Source of the DNA: Octopus sinensis
Taxonomy: Eukaryota
DNA: 10,814 nt
Direction: 5' to 3'
Assembly: GCF_006345805.1 (NCBI RefSeq)
Contig: NW_021827193.1
Location: 1-10,814 of the forward strand
Positions 1 to 8,806 of the stretch are shown piece after piece (the stretch's first letter is position 1; every line of letters starts with the position of its first letter). The translations under genes were made by a program, and so were the position numbers. Below the pieces are notes generated by a model. That model ran no database searches, was not told the origin of the DNA, and was given only the letters and a program-made list of their open reading frames with translations.

Positions 1-279
1 ATGTCGCCAGCTCATATACTAAATTGTTCGATAGCTTTGTGACCATTCCTACAGTAACACTAACATTACGCATATCTTATAGGAATAGTTCCAATGACAA
101 AACTCCGCAATTAAAATGTTACACGTGAAAGATGCCATTCCAAGAATGTTAGTCGCAGAACTCCTTCAGCAAAGCGGTGTACTTTATAGGCACCATTCCT
201 ACCAGAATTTACTCCAGGCTCCCTCTTGTAAATAATTCCTCATTCAATGTATCAGTATTACAATAGCAGATCGTAAACA

Positions 280-548
280 CCAACATTAAAAATACCTATT
301 TCTTTATTACCCACAAGGGGCTAAACACAGAGGGGACAAACAAGGACAGACATAGGTATTAAGTCGATTACATCGACTCCAGTGCGTAACTGGTACTTAA
401 TTTATCGACCCCGAAAGGATGAAAGGCAAAGTCGACCTCGGCGGAATTTGAACTCACAACGTAACGGCAGACGAAATACCGCTAAGCATTTCGCCCGGCG
501 TGCTAACGTTTCTGTCAGCTCGCCGCCTTGCCAACATTAAAAATACCT
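280..548. repeat. 18-bp target-site duplication CCAACATTAAAAATACCT (280-297 and 531-548)
   Basis: Identical 18-mer on both sides of the SINE; the last base of the left copy overlaps the SINE tail. Confidence 0.92.
297..527 (-). mobile_element. Full-length 231-bp tRNA-derived SINE with Nin-like central domain
   Basis: Minus strand starts GGCGGCGAGCTGACAGAAACGTTAGC (A-box-like), has B box GAGTTCAAATTCC (443-455), central TGCCTTTCATCCTTTCGGGGTCGATAAATTAAGTACCAG and tail ...TAAAGAAATA. About 92% identical to 1006-1236 by hand count. Flanked by a perfect 18-bp duplication. The Nin/octopus family label is recalled, not searched. Confidence 0.92.
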
Positions 549-600
549 TACGACAGAATGAAGGCACCATTACTATGATAACGTAGATCAAACAAGTACA

Positions 601-660
601 ATCCATACATCCATCCATCCATCCATCCATCCATCAATCCACCTATCCTTCCATCCATCT
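601..660. repeat. (CCAT)n microsatellite
   Basis: Tandem ATCC units, degenerate toward the right end. Confidence 0.9.
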
Positions 661-833
661 GCATCTACTCTTCGAGGGGAGGCTGTGGACGTAAAGTCCT
701 AAAGCATCTTCTCCATAGGATCCAGTTATAAGCAACCGTTATTACACTCTCCGGTTGGATCCCCAAGTGTGTCTAACTGAGAATATGAATACAACCCGAC
801 CATTTTCTCTGGCCACAATTTGTGACATGTTCC

Positions 834-1005
834 TATTTCTTTATTGCCCACAAGGGGCTAAGCATAGAGGGGACAAACAGGGACTAAGTCGATTATATCG
901 ACCCCGGTGCGTAACCGGTACTTAATTTATCGACCCCGAAAGGATGAAAGGCAAAGTCGACCTCGGCGGAATTTAAACTCAGAACGTAGCGGCAGACGAA
1001 ATACC
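834..1005 (-). mobile_element. Headless SINE monomer, same family; downstream half of a dimer
   Basis: Homologous to 297-480 and begins (minus strand) exactly at internal GGTATTTCGTCTG. Keeps the B box and tail, lacks the A-box head, has a short deletion near 890. Confidence 0.9.
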
Positions 1006-1236
1006 TATTTCTTTATTACCCACAAGGGGCTAAACACAGAGAGGACAAACAAGGACAGACAAACGGATTAAGTCGATTACATCGACCCCAGTGCGTAACT
1101 GGTACCTAATTTATCGACTCAGAAAGGATGAAAGGCAAAGTCGACCTGGGCGGAATTTGAACTCAGAACGTAGCGGCAGGCGAAATACCGCTAAGCAATT
1201 CGCCCAGCGTGCTAACGATTCTGCCAGTTTGCCGCC
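1006..1236 (-). mobile_element. Full-length 231-bp SINE, upstream half of the dimer
   Basis: Colinear with 297-527 with about 18 substitutions; its tail abuts the headless monomer directly. Confidence 0.92.
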
Positions 1237-1873
1237 ATGAATACAATCCAACTATCTTCTCCGGCCACAATTCGTGACATGTTCCGAGGGTTAGAGTCCT
1301 CAGGCACCTCATCCACAGGATCCTACATGAAGCACCCGTCATTAAACTTTCCAGCCGGATCTCCAAGCGTGACCAACCAACACCATGGATATTACTCAGT
1401 CATCTCATTCTTGACCTAGCTCTAGTTTTTCTTGCCAATTGCCTCAGTTTGAAGAATCAGTTTCGCGATTTTTTCCTGAGACTTTGTAATCACGTGACCG
1501 TAATACCGGAGTTTGAACACTCAATGTGGTGAAGTAGCGGATCGACATGGACGAAACCTTGATCTTCGAGTAATACTCACTGTCGCTGGTATTCGCGATC
1601 GTACACTTTCGGCCATTACCCATCGTTCATGACCAGAGGTCAGGACAGTTTCGGTTATGGAAAATTAGATTGAAAGAATAGAAAAAAAATTAAGATAAAG
1701 AAAAGAAAAAAAACTCCAAAATACAGTGAAATATTCAGAACGAGGAATATTTTGTGTAAAATTTACCAAAATCTCAAAATTCTTCCAGTCAGATTTATAA
1801 AGAGATGCATTCCTCTCGTCCTTCCATTCCAATTATATTTTCGGTGACATCACATTTAATCGATGGTATGTCA

Positions 1874-1884
1874 TGTGTGTGTGT

Positions 1885-1933
<49 letters not shown>

Positions 1934-2371
1934 TGTGCTTATGTGTTTGTGTGCGTGTGCCACGCGTGTATATGTTTGTGTGTGTTAGTATGTGTTTATG
2001 AAAGTGTGTTTATAATCAGAAATTCACATTCACAGAAAAGTATGTGTGTGTATATATATGAATGTATGTATGTATGTATGTATGTATGTATGTATGTATG
2101 TATGTATGTATGCATGTATGTATGTATGTATATGTATATATAATCATGTATATGAAAATGTACATATGTATACATGTTTGGGTGTATGTATTTGTCTGTG
2201 CATATATACGTGTATGTACGCATTTGAAGCGAATATATAGTTATATTTATGGATTTTTATTGTATATACAGTTATACATACATCCATACGGTTATACACA
2301 TACATACATTACATTTATACATACATATATGTACATATGCATGTATGTTTTGCATACTTACTTATATTCAT

Positions 2372-2407
<36 letters not shown>

Positions 2408-2446
2408 AGTACGTACATGTATATATACATATATATAAATATGTGC

Positions 2447-2478
<32 letters not shown>

Positions 2479-2505
2479 GTGCATATATATATACATACAT
2501 AAATA
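1874..2505. repeat. Compound (TG)n/(TATG)n/(TA)n microsatellite tract
   Basis: Direct inspection; source of the CVCV, MYVC and YIYI ORFs. Confidence 0.95.
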
Positions 2506-3014
2506 CATGTAGGTTTAGAAATTTGATCTAATTAATTAGCCGAGTTAAAAGACATTTCTTCAATATGTCTGCCCTGAAGCGAGATAAGCAAAGGCAGAGA
2601 AGAGTTTTCAGAAAAGTGCCTCTCATTGTGAAGTTTTCTGGCGAAATTTGCCGCAAGAGGGCACTGCCGTGCGATGTTCTAGAATCATTTGTTTACGCTT
2701 TTCTTTGTTTAGAATTTTAACAGAAAGTAAACAAAGCAAAACTGAAAAACAGACAAAACGAAAAAAAAAAAAAAAAATCAAAAAAGTTCCGGTAACGCAA
2801 AAAACCCCCCAAAAGTGTCCCTCTTGTTGCTGATCTTGTTGTTGGTGTTATTGCTGGTAATTTCGTTTATACTTTCGATTTTATTTTTCTAAGTTGACAT
2901 TATTAACATTTTATTATCATTTTTTATTACTTTCCAAATTTACATATGTGTGTATATTTTATGTATAAGAACTTATTATTGTATAGTCGAAGGGTGGGGG
3001 GTGGGGGATCGTAG

Positions 3015-3059
3015 AGGTGGTAGTAGTGGTGGTGGTGGTGGTGGTGGTAGTGGTGGTGG
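3015..3059. repeat. (GGT/AGT)n trinucleotide repeat
   Basis: Tandem GGT with AGT variants. Confidence 0.9.
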
Positions 3060-3151
3060 AAGGAATTGAGAAAAATTGTAAAAATTTAAAGGAAAAAGAA
3101 AAAGGAGTCGTGAACTTGTGTTTAATTTTTAATTCTGCATATGTCAATACA

Positions 3152-3153
<2 letters not shown>

Positions 3154-3193
<40 letters not shown>

Positions 3194-3430
3194 AATGCAC
3201 GAACACATACGCATTCACACAGACAGATACACAGAAAAACAAGCCTAGATTTATAAGTGTGTGTGTGTGACTGTATATTGTTATATGTAGGTGTATATGT
3301 TGATGCTTCACACACACATACACACACACAAACATGCACACACACACTCACGCTCATACAAATATGAATATATAAACATGCATGCACATTTACACACAAA
3401 TGTATGCATATATATATTATAGTATGTATG

Positions 3431-3475
<45 letters not shown>

Positions 3476-3720
3476 ATATATATATATATATATAAACACA
3501 ACTCCGAGTATATATATGCTTATACACACACACACATATATATATACACATATATATACATTTATATATATATATACACATATATACATATATATGTGTG
3601 TGTGTATATATATATATAAATATGTTCATGCACATAAATATGTGTATATATATGTATATATATGCATGTATATGTATATATATATATATGTATATAAATA
3701 TATATGTATATGTACATGTG

Positions 3721-3751
<31 letters not shown>

Positions 3752-3975
3752 GTATATGTATGCATATGTAAATGTATGTATGTATACATATATATATGTA
3801 TATATATATATTTATTTATATATATGTGTGTATAAATAGGTATATATATGTATATACACATGCATATATATATGCACACAGATACGTATATATATATATA
3901 TATATAAGTATATAATGTATATGTGCGTACACAGATAGGTATCTACACACACACACACTCACACACACATACACA
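3154..3975. repeat. Compound (AC)n/(TA)n/(TATG)n microsatellite tract
   Basis: Perfect (AC)n at 3154-3191, then long degenerate TA-rich arrays. Confidence 0.95.
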
Positions 3976-4187
3976 CACACCAATCCACGCGCTATTCTTA
4001 CCATATTCCACGATATAAGCCTGTTTACTCCTGTCCTTTCTACCACAACTCTGTTTTATTGTATTACACAATATTTAAATATTACAATATTTCTGTGTCA
4101 CACCTTGCATCTCTCTGGGGGTGATCCTTCCCGCACAAAAAAAAAACCCAGAAAAAATTATCTAAATTCCTTATCCTTAAAAACTGC

Positions 4188-4282
4188 CTCTCTCTCTCTC
4201 TTTCTCTCTGTTTCTCTCGCTTCCTCTCTCATCTTTTTATGTATATATGCGCCTATGTATACATGATGTGCGTTCAGGTGTG

Positions 4283-4320
<38 letters not shown>
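4188..4320. repeat. (CT)n and (TG)n microsatellites
   Basis: CT run about 4188-4232; TG run about 4284-4320. Confidence 0.9.
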
Positions 4321-4325
<5 letters not shown>

Positions 4326-4524
4326 CATATTTTGCTATTTTGCTTAGGCTCTGCGATGCTATGAAATTGGTATTAGAACTCAAGCTTCAGAATAAAGCAT
4401 TAGTTGAGTACAAAGCATAATAAGAAATCAAATGAATAACAAAGGAACAGGACATTATGTAATCAAATGCATTGGCTTACAGGTGTTTCTGCATAGAGAA
4501 GCAGTGCACACAGGGTTGAGCGCA

Positions 4525-4748
4525 TTTATTCTTTTATTCTTTATTCTTTTACTTGTTTTATTCATTTGAAGGCAGTCATGCTGGAGCAACGCCTTTTAGT
4601 CGAGCAAATCGCCCCCAGTACTTATACTTTGTAAGCCTAGTACTTATTCTATTGGTCTCTTTTGCCAAACCAATAAATTCCGGGGATGTAAACACACCAA
4701 CATCGGTTGTCAAGAGATGGTGGTGGTGGTGGACAAACACACACACAA

Positions 4749-4781
<33 letters not shown>
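4525..4781 (-). mobile_element. 3' part of a second SINE type, truncated at an internal (CA)/(TA) microsatellite
   Basis: Short tandem tail (AAAGAATA-like) at 4525-4550. 4598-4648 carries AATAAGTAC...ACTGGGGGCGATTTGCTCGACT, similar to the core of the other SINEs here. Matches my recollection of an abundant octopus SINE; no tRNA head is visible. Confidence 0.6.
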
Positions 4782-4841
4782 CATTTCGGCATAATAGATC
4801 GCTAGTAACTAAACCTTTTAATTTTTTCTGTCACTGTCGTG

Positions 4842-5655
4842 GAGCCACTGCTGAAACACAAAGAAGGCCGGTGTCATCAAAACTGAAAAGAAAACTTTAA
4901 GCGAAAGAAAAATGTAAACAAGAAATGAACAAAAAAAAAATGAATGGAAAAAGCATGGAAAAAACTGTATGGCCAGTTTACAAGAGATGTGAATGCCAAA
5001 ACAGTTACCTGAAGATAGTAACAGAAGCACTTATATGCGCAGCTCAAGGACAAGCATTAAGGACCAACTATATGAAGTGCAGAATTGACAAGACTACCGA
5101 AGTAACAAATGCAGAATGTGTGGTGAGAAGGGTGAAACGGTATGGCACTTCGTTAGCAAATGCCCGAAATTGACACAACGCGAATATAAAAGACGCCATG
5201 ACAATGTGGGAAGAATGATCCATTGGGAGCTCTGTGGAAATCACGGCCTACAAACAGCAAAGACGTGGTATGAGCAGACCGCAGAAGGAGTCACCGAAAA
5301 TGAGAATTGTAAAATCCTGTGGGATGCAATGATACAGTGCGATCATCCGACCAGACATCGGAAGCTGAACATTGTTGTGCATGATCATCAACATAGCATG
5401 CCCGCTTACAACAGGATCAATGTGAAAGAAGAAGAAAAAATATACAACTATGACGATTTGAAGTGGGAAATACGGAGGTTGTGGTCAATGAAGAGAGTAG
5501 ATGTGATACCAATAGTAATTGGGGCACTTGAAAGTATCAGCACTCAACTAGTAACATGGCTTTAAAAGATTGGTGCAAGTGTGAAGGTAGAACACCTACA
5601 AAAATCAGCATTGCTTGGAGCTGCAAGAATTCTTCGCAGGATTCTTGAAGCATGA
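4842..5655 (+). pseudogene. C-terminal ORF remnant: post-RT linker, zinc knuckle, restriction-like endonuclease
   Basis: ORFs 4925-5173 and 5116-5565 are adjacent frames of one protein. Frameshifts near 4970, 5105 and 5385; premature TAA at 5563-5565; native stop TGA at 5653-5655. Confidence 0.85.
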
Positions 5656-5770
5656 CCAGTAAACAAGTGTCACCTTAGTCTGCTGGTTGTGGACAGCAGC
5701 CACTTTCCATCATACCCAGCAAAATGAGCTGTGAGTTTTTAACACGTAATAATAATAATAATAATAATAA
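4842..5770 (+). mobile_element. 5'-truncated, decayed non-LTR retrotransposon, RLE type (Dong/R4-like)
   Basis: Frameshifted protein motifs in order: KKLYGQFTR, TEALICAAQGQALRTNY, CCHC knuckle CRMC..ETVWHFVSKC, EYKRRHDNV, KILWD..IQCD..HRKLNIVV, IINIACP, KEEEK..Y..L..EIRRLW, LQKSALLGAARILRRILEA*. Then a ~90-bp 3' UTR and (TAA)8 at 5747-5770. Confidence 0.88.
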
Positions 5771-6109
5771 AGTCACGATTGTCATGGCTGTAAGGCCTTA
5801 AAATATTAAATGTTCTCGATCAGGACTGACCAGGGGCTAAAAGGGAAGAAAACAAAAACGATAACAGTCGAATCAACACCAACAACACGCACCACCGCCA
5901 CCACCAGACATCGCCGCTGCCACTATAGTCAACATAGGAAAATGACAACAACAGCAGCAACAACACCAGCAAAAGTTCTACAATTGTATTAACAATGTAG
6001 TGTTCATATATTCATCTGTTGCACATCAACACTACTGTTGTTGTTGTTGTTGTTGTGGAGTTATTTTGAATTTAACATATGTAATGTCTAACAAACGTTA
6101 TGCAAATTA

Positions 6110-6134
6110 TATATACACACACTCACACATCAGT

Positions 6135-6169
<35 letters not shown>

Positions 6170-6218
6170 GATAATATATATATATGTATACACAGATATA
6201 TATATATATATATATGTA

Positions 6219-6268
<50 letters not shown>

Positions 6269-6655
6269 AGTGTATATAAACATACTTATCTATATGTTTG
6301 CATATACATGCTTATATATACATATATATTATGTATTGTGTGTGTACATACATATATACATATATATGCATCCATATATAAATTTACTTATGTATCTATA
6401 TATATATGCATATATATGCTTATATATATATATACATCATTCAATATATATATATATATATATATATACATTCATGCTCAAACACACTTGTATGTGTGTA
6501 TGCATGCGTGTGTGTGTGTATGAGTGTTTTTGTGCGTGTATGTATATATGCATATTTCCATATTGCTGTAAACGTAAGTACCCTATTCCATTGTATTTCC
6601 ATGCCATTCTTAGAGCATTTCATCGGTTAGATACATATACACACGTACGTATATG

Positions 6656-6742
<87 letters not shown>

Positions 6743-6830
6743 GTATATATACACACACACACATATATATATACATGTATACACACACACACACACACAT
6801 ATATATATATGTATGTATGTATATCTATAT

Positions 6831-6864
<34 letters not shown>

Positions 6865-7010
6865 ATAAATTATATTATATCTATACGCTTGAAATAACGT
6901 GTGTACGTTCGGTTTGTGATATACGCATTTAAGCGAGTGCCCACATGCATCGATACATATATATTCATATATATATATATATATATCTATATATATATAC
7001 ATACATACAG
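6110..7010. repeat. Compound (TA)n/(CA)n/(TG)n tract including a perfect (TA)35 at 6660-6729
   Basis: Direct inspection; short unique interruptions around 6550-6640 and 6870-6950. Confidence 0.95.
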
Positions 7011-7378
7011 AGAAAGTGTAAGGGAGATAAACGCATATACGTACGTCCTTATAAATATATACAAATGTCCGTATGCAGCGCAGTCTCTCGGGGCATTATG
7101 GGAAAAATATAGCCGGAGGTATTTCCTGGCGTATGTTCATGCCATTGTATATATTATACAATTTTTACATGCATATAAACACCTGTATACATCCATTATA
7201 TATACACCCTAACCTAGTAGTCAGGTCACGATCTGTACAGAGGGATTTACAAAAATGTACGCCATCTTCAAAATTTTTAATCTTATTATTTTTGCTAATC
7301 TACTTCACATTCTTTCTTCTGCCAACACCTATATGCATTGCTGGTGTGTATACACACGTTTCATATATGTCTACACGC

Positions 7379-7406
7379 ATATATATATATATATATTTAT
7401 GTATAT

Positions 7407-7437
<31 letters not shown>

Positions 7438-7532
7438 TATATATTATATATGTAACAATAATTATACATATATCAACATAGGCGTTTTCCTACGTACATA
7501 CATCTCACATACATACGTGTTTGTGAGTTTGG

Positions 7533-7582
<50 letters not shown>

Positions 7583-7720
7583 CGATGCATATTTTCGAGA
7601 TTTACTATATTTTACCATGTCACTAAGTTTACAAAACTCAAGTTATCTATTTGTCTATCTGTCTGTTTGTCTGTTTGTCTGTCTGTTTATCTATCTATCT
7701 ATCTATTTGTCTGTCTTATC
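7379..7720. repeat. (TA)n, (TA)n(GA)n and (TCTG/TCTA)n microsatellites
   Basis: Direct inspection. Confidence 0.9.
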
Positions 7721-7872
7721 TTTGTAACTAAAGTTAGTATCTTAAAGATCGTTTAAGAATACCAACAAATCTATTGTTGGTGTGACGTTATACGAAATAA
7801 TCTTGTTAGGTTTATTTTGAAGATGAATTTGACTGGGATTTCGTGTGTCGACAATTGACTCATTGCAACTGG

Positions 7873-8066
7873 TTTCGTTACTGTATTTACTTTGAGATGC
7901 TCTGTGTTTCTTTCAATTACTTTAAATATAACAAAGAATTTAGTAAAATAACTTAGTTATCATTAAGCTAGTGTTAGGAACATACATTGTGACTAAGGTT
8001 TGGTGAAAACGATACATTTGTACTACTGAGCCAGAGCCGGTTTCAGCTGGGTTGGTAACGAAAGGG
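7873..8066. mobile_element. Probable MITE (piggyBac-like termini), left end eroded
   Basis: Inverted termini TTTCGTTAC (7873-7881) and GTAACGAAA (8055-8063) followed by GGG. AT-rich non-coding interior matches my recollection of a common octopus TTAA-CCCTTT...AAAGGG-TTAA element. No intact TTAA duplication here. Confidence 0.55.
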
Positions 8067-8120
8067 TACAACCCGTTAATCGAAACTTTATTTCTCAGTT
8101 AACATCATTTTAACAACCTT

Positions 8121-8144
8121 TCTATCTGTCTGTCTACCTGTCTG

Positions 8145-8206
<62 letters not shown>

Positions 8207-8270
8207 CATATAATATATATATATATATATCTGTCTGTCTGCCTGTCTGTCTGTCTGTCTATCTATATGT
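8121..8270. repeat. (TCTA)n/(TCTG)n/(TA)n microsatellite
   Basis: Direct inspection. Confidence 0.92.
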
Positions 8271-8373
8271 AGATATGTATACATATGTGTATTATTTTAT
8301 TTTTCTTACATACACACACAGACGCGCGCGCACATACACACATAATCACACACTTATGCATGTGTCTACATGT

Positions 8374-8465
8374 AAGTCGACTTCGGCAGGATTATTTGAA
8401 ATTCGAACCGGAATAAGTATTGCGAAACACTTGCTCCAACCCTCTAATGGTTCTACCAATTACCA
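8374..8465 (-). mobile_element. Old degenerate 5' half of the first SINE family
   Basis: AAGTCGACTTCGGCAGGATT..TTGAA...CTCTAATGGTTCTACCA aligns with gaps to 429-527 (AAGTCGACCTCGGCGGAATTTGAA...GCTAACGTTTCTGTCA). Confidence 0.55.
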
Positions 8466-8474
8466 TTAATAGTT

Positions 8475-8806
8475 GTGGAGAATGCGCGTGGCTCGGTGGG
8501 TTGGGGGAATTCGGCTAAGGATCAGAATGTCGTGAGTTCGATTTCCGGCGGAAAGTTGCGTCTTTGAGCAAGACCCTTTATTTCATGCTACTCCAGTCCA
8601 CCCAGCTAACAGAAATGAGTTGTAGCTGCGATTCAAAATGGGCCAGTCTTGTCACATTCTGTGTCACAGTGAATCTCCTTAAGAACTATGTTAAGGGTAC
8701 ACGTGTCTGTGGAGTACTCGGCCACTTATATGTTAATTTCACGAGCATGTCGTTCCGTTCATCAGATCAACTGAGACACTCATCGTCGTAACCGACGGAG
8801 CGCCAG
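8475..8806 (+). mobile_element. Near full-length ~330-bp tRNA-derived SINE of a third type
   Basis: A box TGGCTCGGTGG (8489-8499) and B box GAGTTCGATTTCC (8534-8546) at tRNA-like spacing, then TCTTTGAGCAAGACCCTTTA (CORE/Meta-like central motif). Matches my recollection of an octopus SINE. Confidence 0.8.

Larger units (their letters stand above)
785..1285. repeat. 49-bp direct repeat (785-833 and 1237-1285) flanking the SINE dimer; probable long TSD
   Basis: 43/49 identical, ungapped, exactly abutting both ends of the dimer. Confidence 0.7.
691..1400. repeat. Decayed ~148-bp tandem repeat interrupted by the SINE dimer
   Basis: 691-790 aligns ungapped to 1291-1390 at 69/100 identity. ATGAAT at 1237 recurs as ATGGAT at 1385 (period 148). 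Confidence 0.7.

Noticed and set aside
297-1236. Repeated ~200-bp units as a CRISPR array or real tRNA genes
   Set aside because: No short repeat-unique spacer pattern and no cas genes; no full cloverleaf. A/B boxes with long bodies and TSDs indicate SINEs.
1163-1419. ORFs 1163-1366 (-) and 1237-1419 (+) as real genes
   Set aside because: The first runs into the SINE head. The paralogous repeat unit has stops in the frame of the second. No recognisable product.
2992-3007. Possible G-quadruplex GGGTGGGGGGTGGGGG
   Set aside because: Only three separate G-runs, next to a GGT microsatellite; unremarkable.
1805-4046. Many 60-180 aa ORFs ([12 protein letters not shown])
   Set aside because: They are translations of dinucleotide and tetranucleotide repeats that lack stop codons; overlapping ORFs occur on both strands.
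4070-4083. 14-bp palindrome AATATTTAAATATT
   Set aside because: Contains only A and T, so it is expected by chance at this composition.
4553-4900. 115-aa ORF with a hydrophobic stretch
   Set aside because: Reads antisense through a SINE and a microsatellite into the LINE fragment.
5656-5770. This LINE as the mobilising partner of the local SINEs
   Set aside because: Its 3' UTR and (TAA)n end show no visible similarity to any SINE tail in the window.
5813-5842. CTCGATCAGGACTGACCAGGGGCTAAA as the 3' tip of another repeat
   Set aside because: It resembles a recalled octopus repeat end, but 30 bp is too short to support without a search.
6168-7756. Long ORFs of 224 aa and 227 aa
   Set aside because: Their length comes from (TA)n and other repeats; the unique parts show no recognisable domain.
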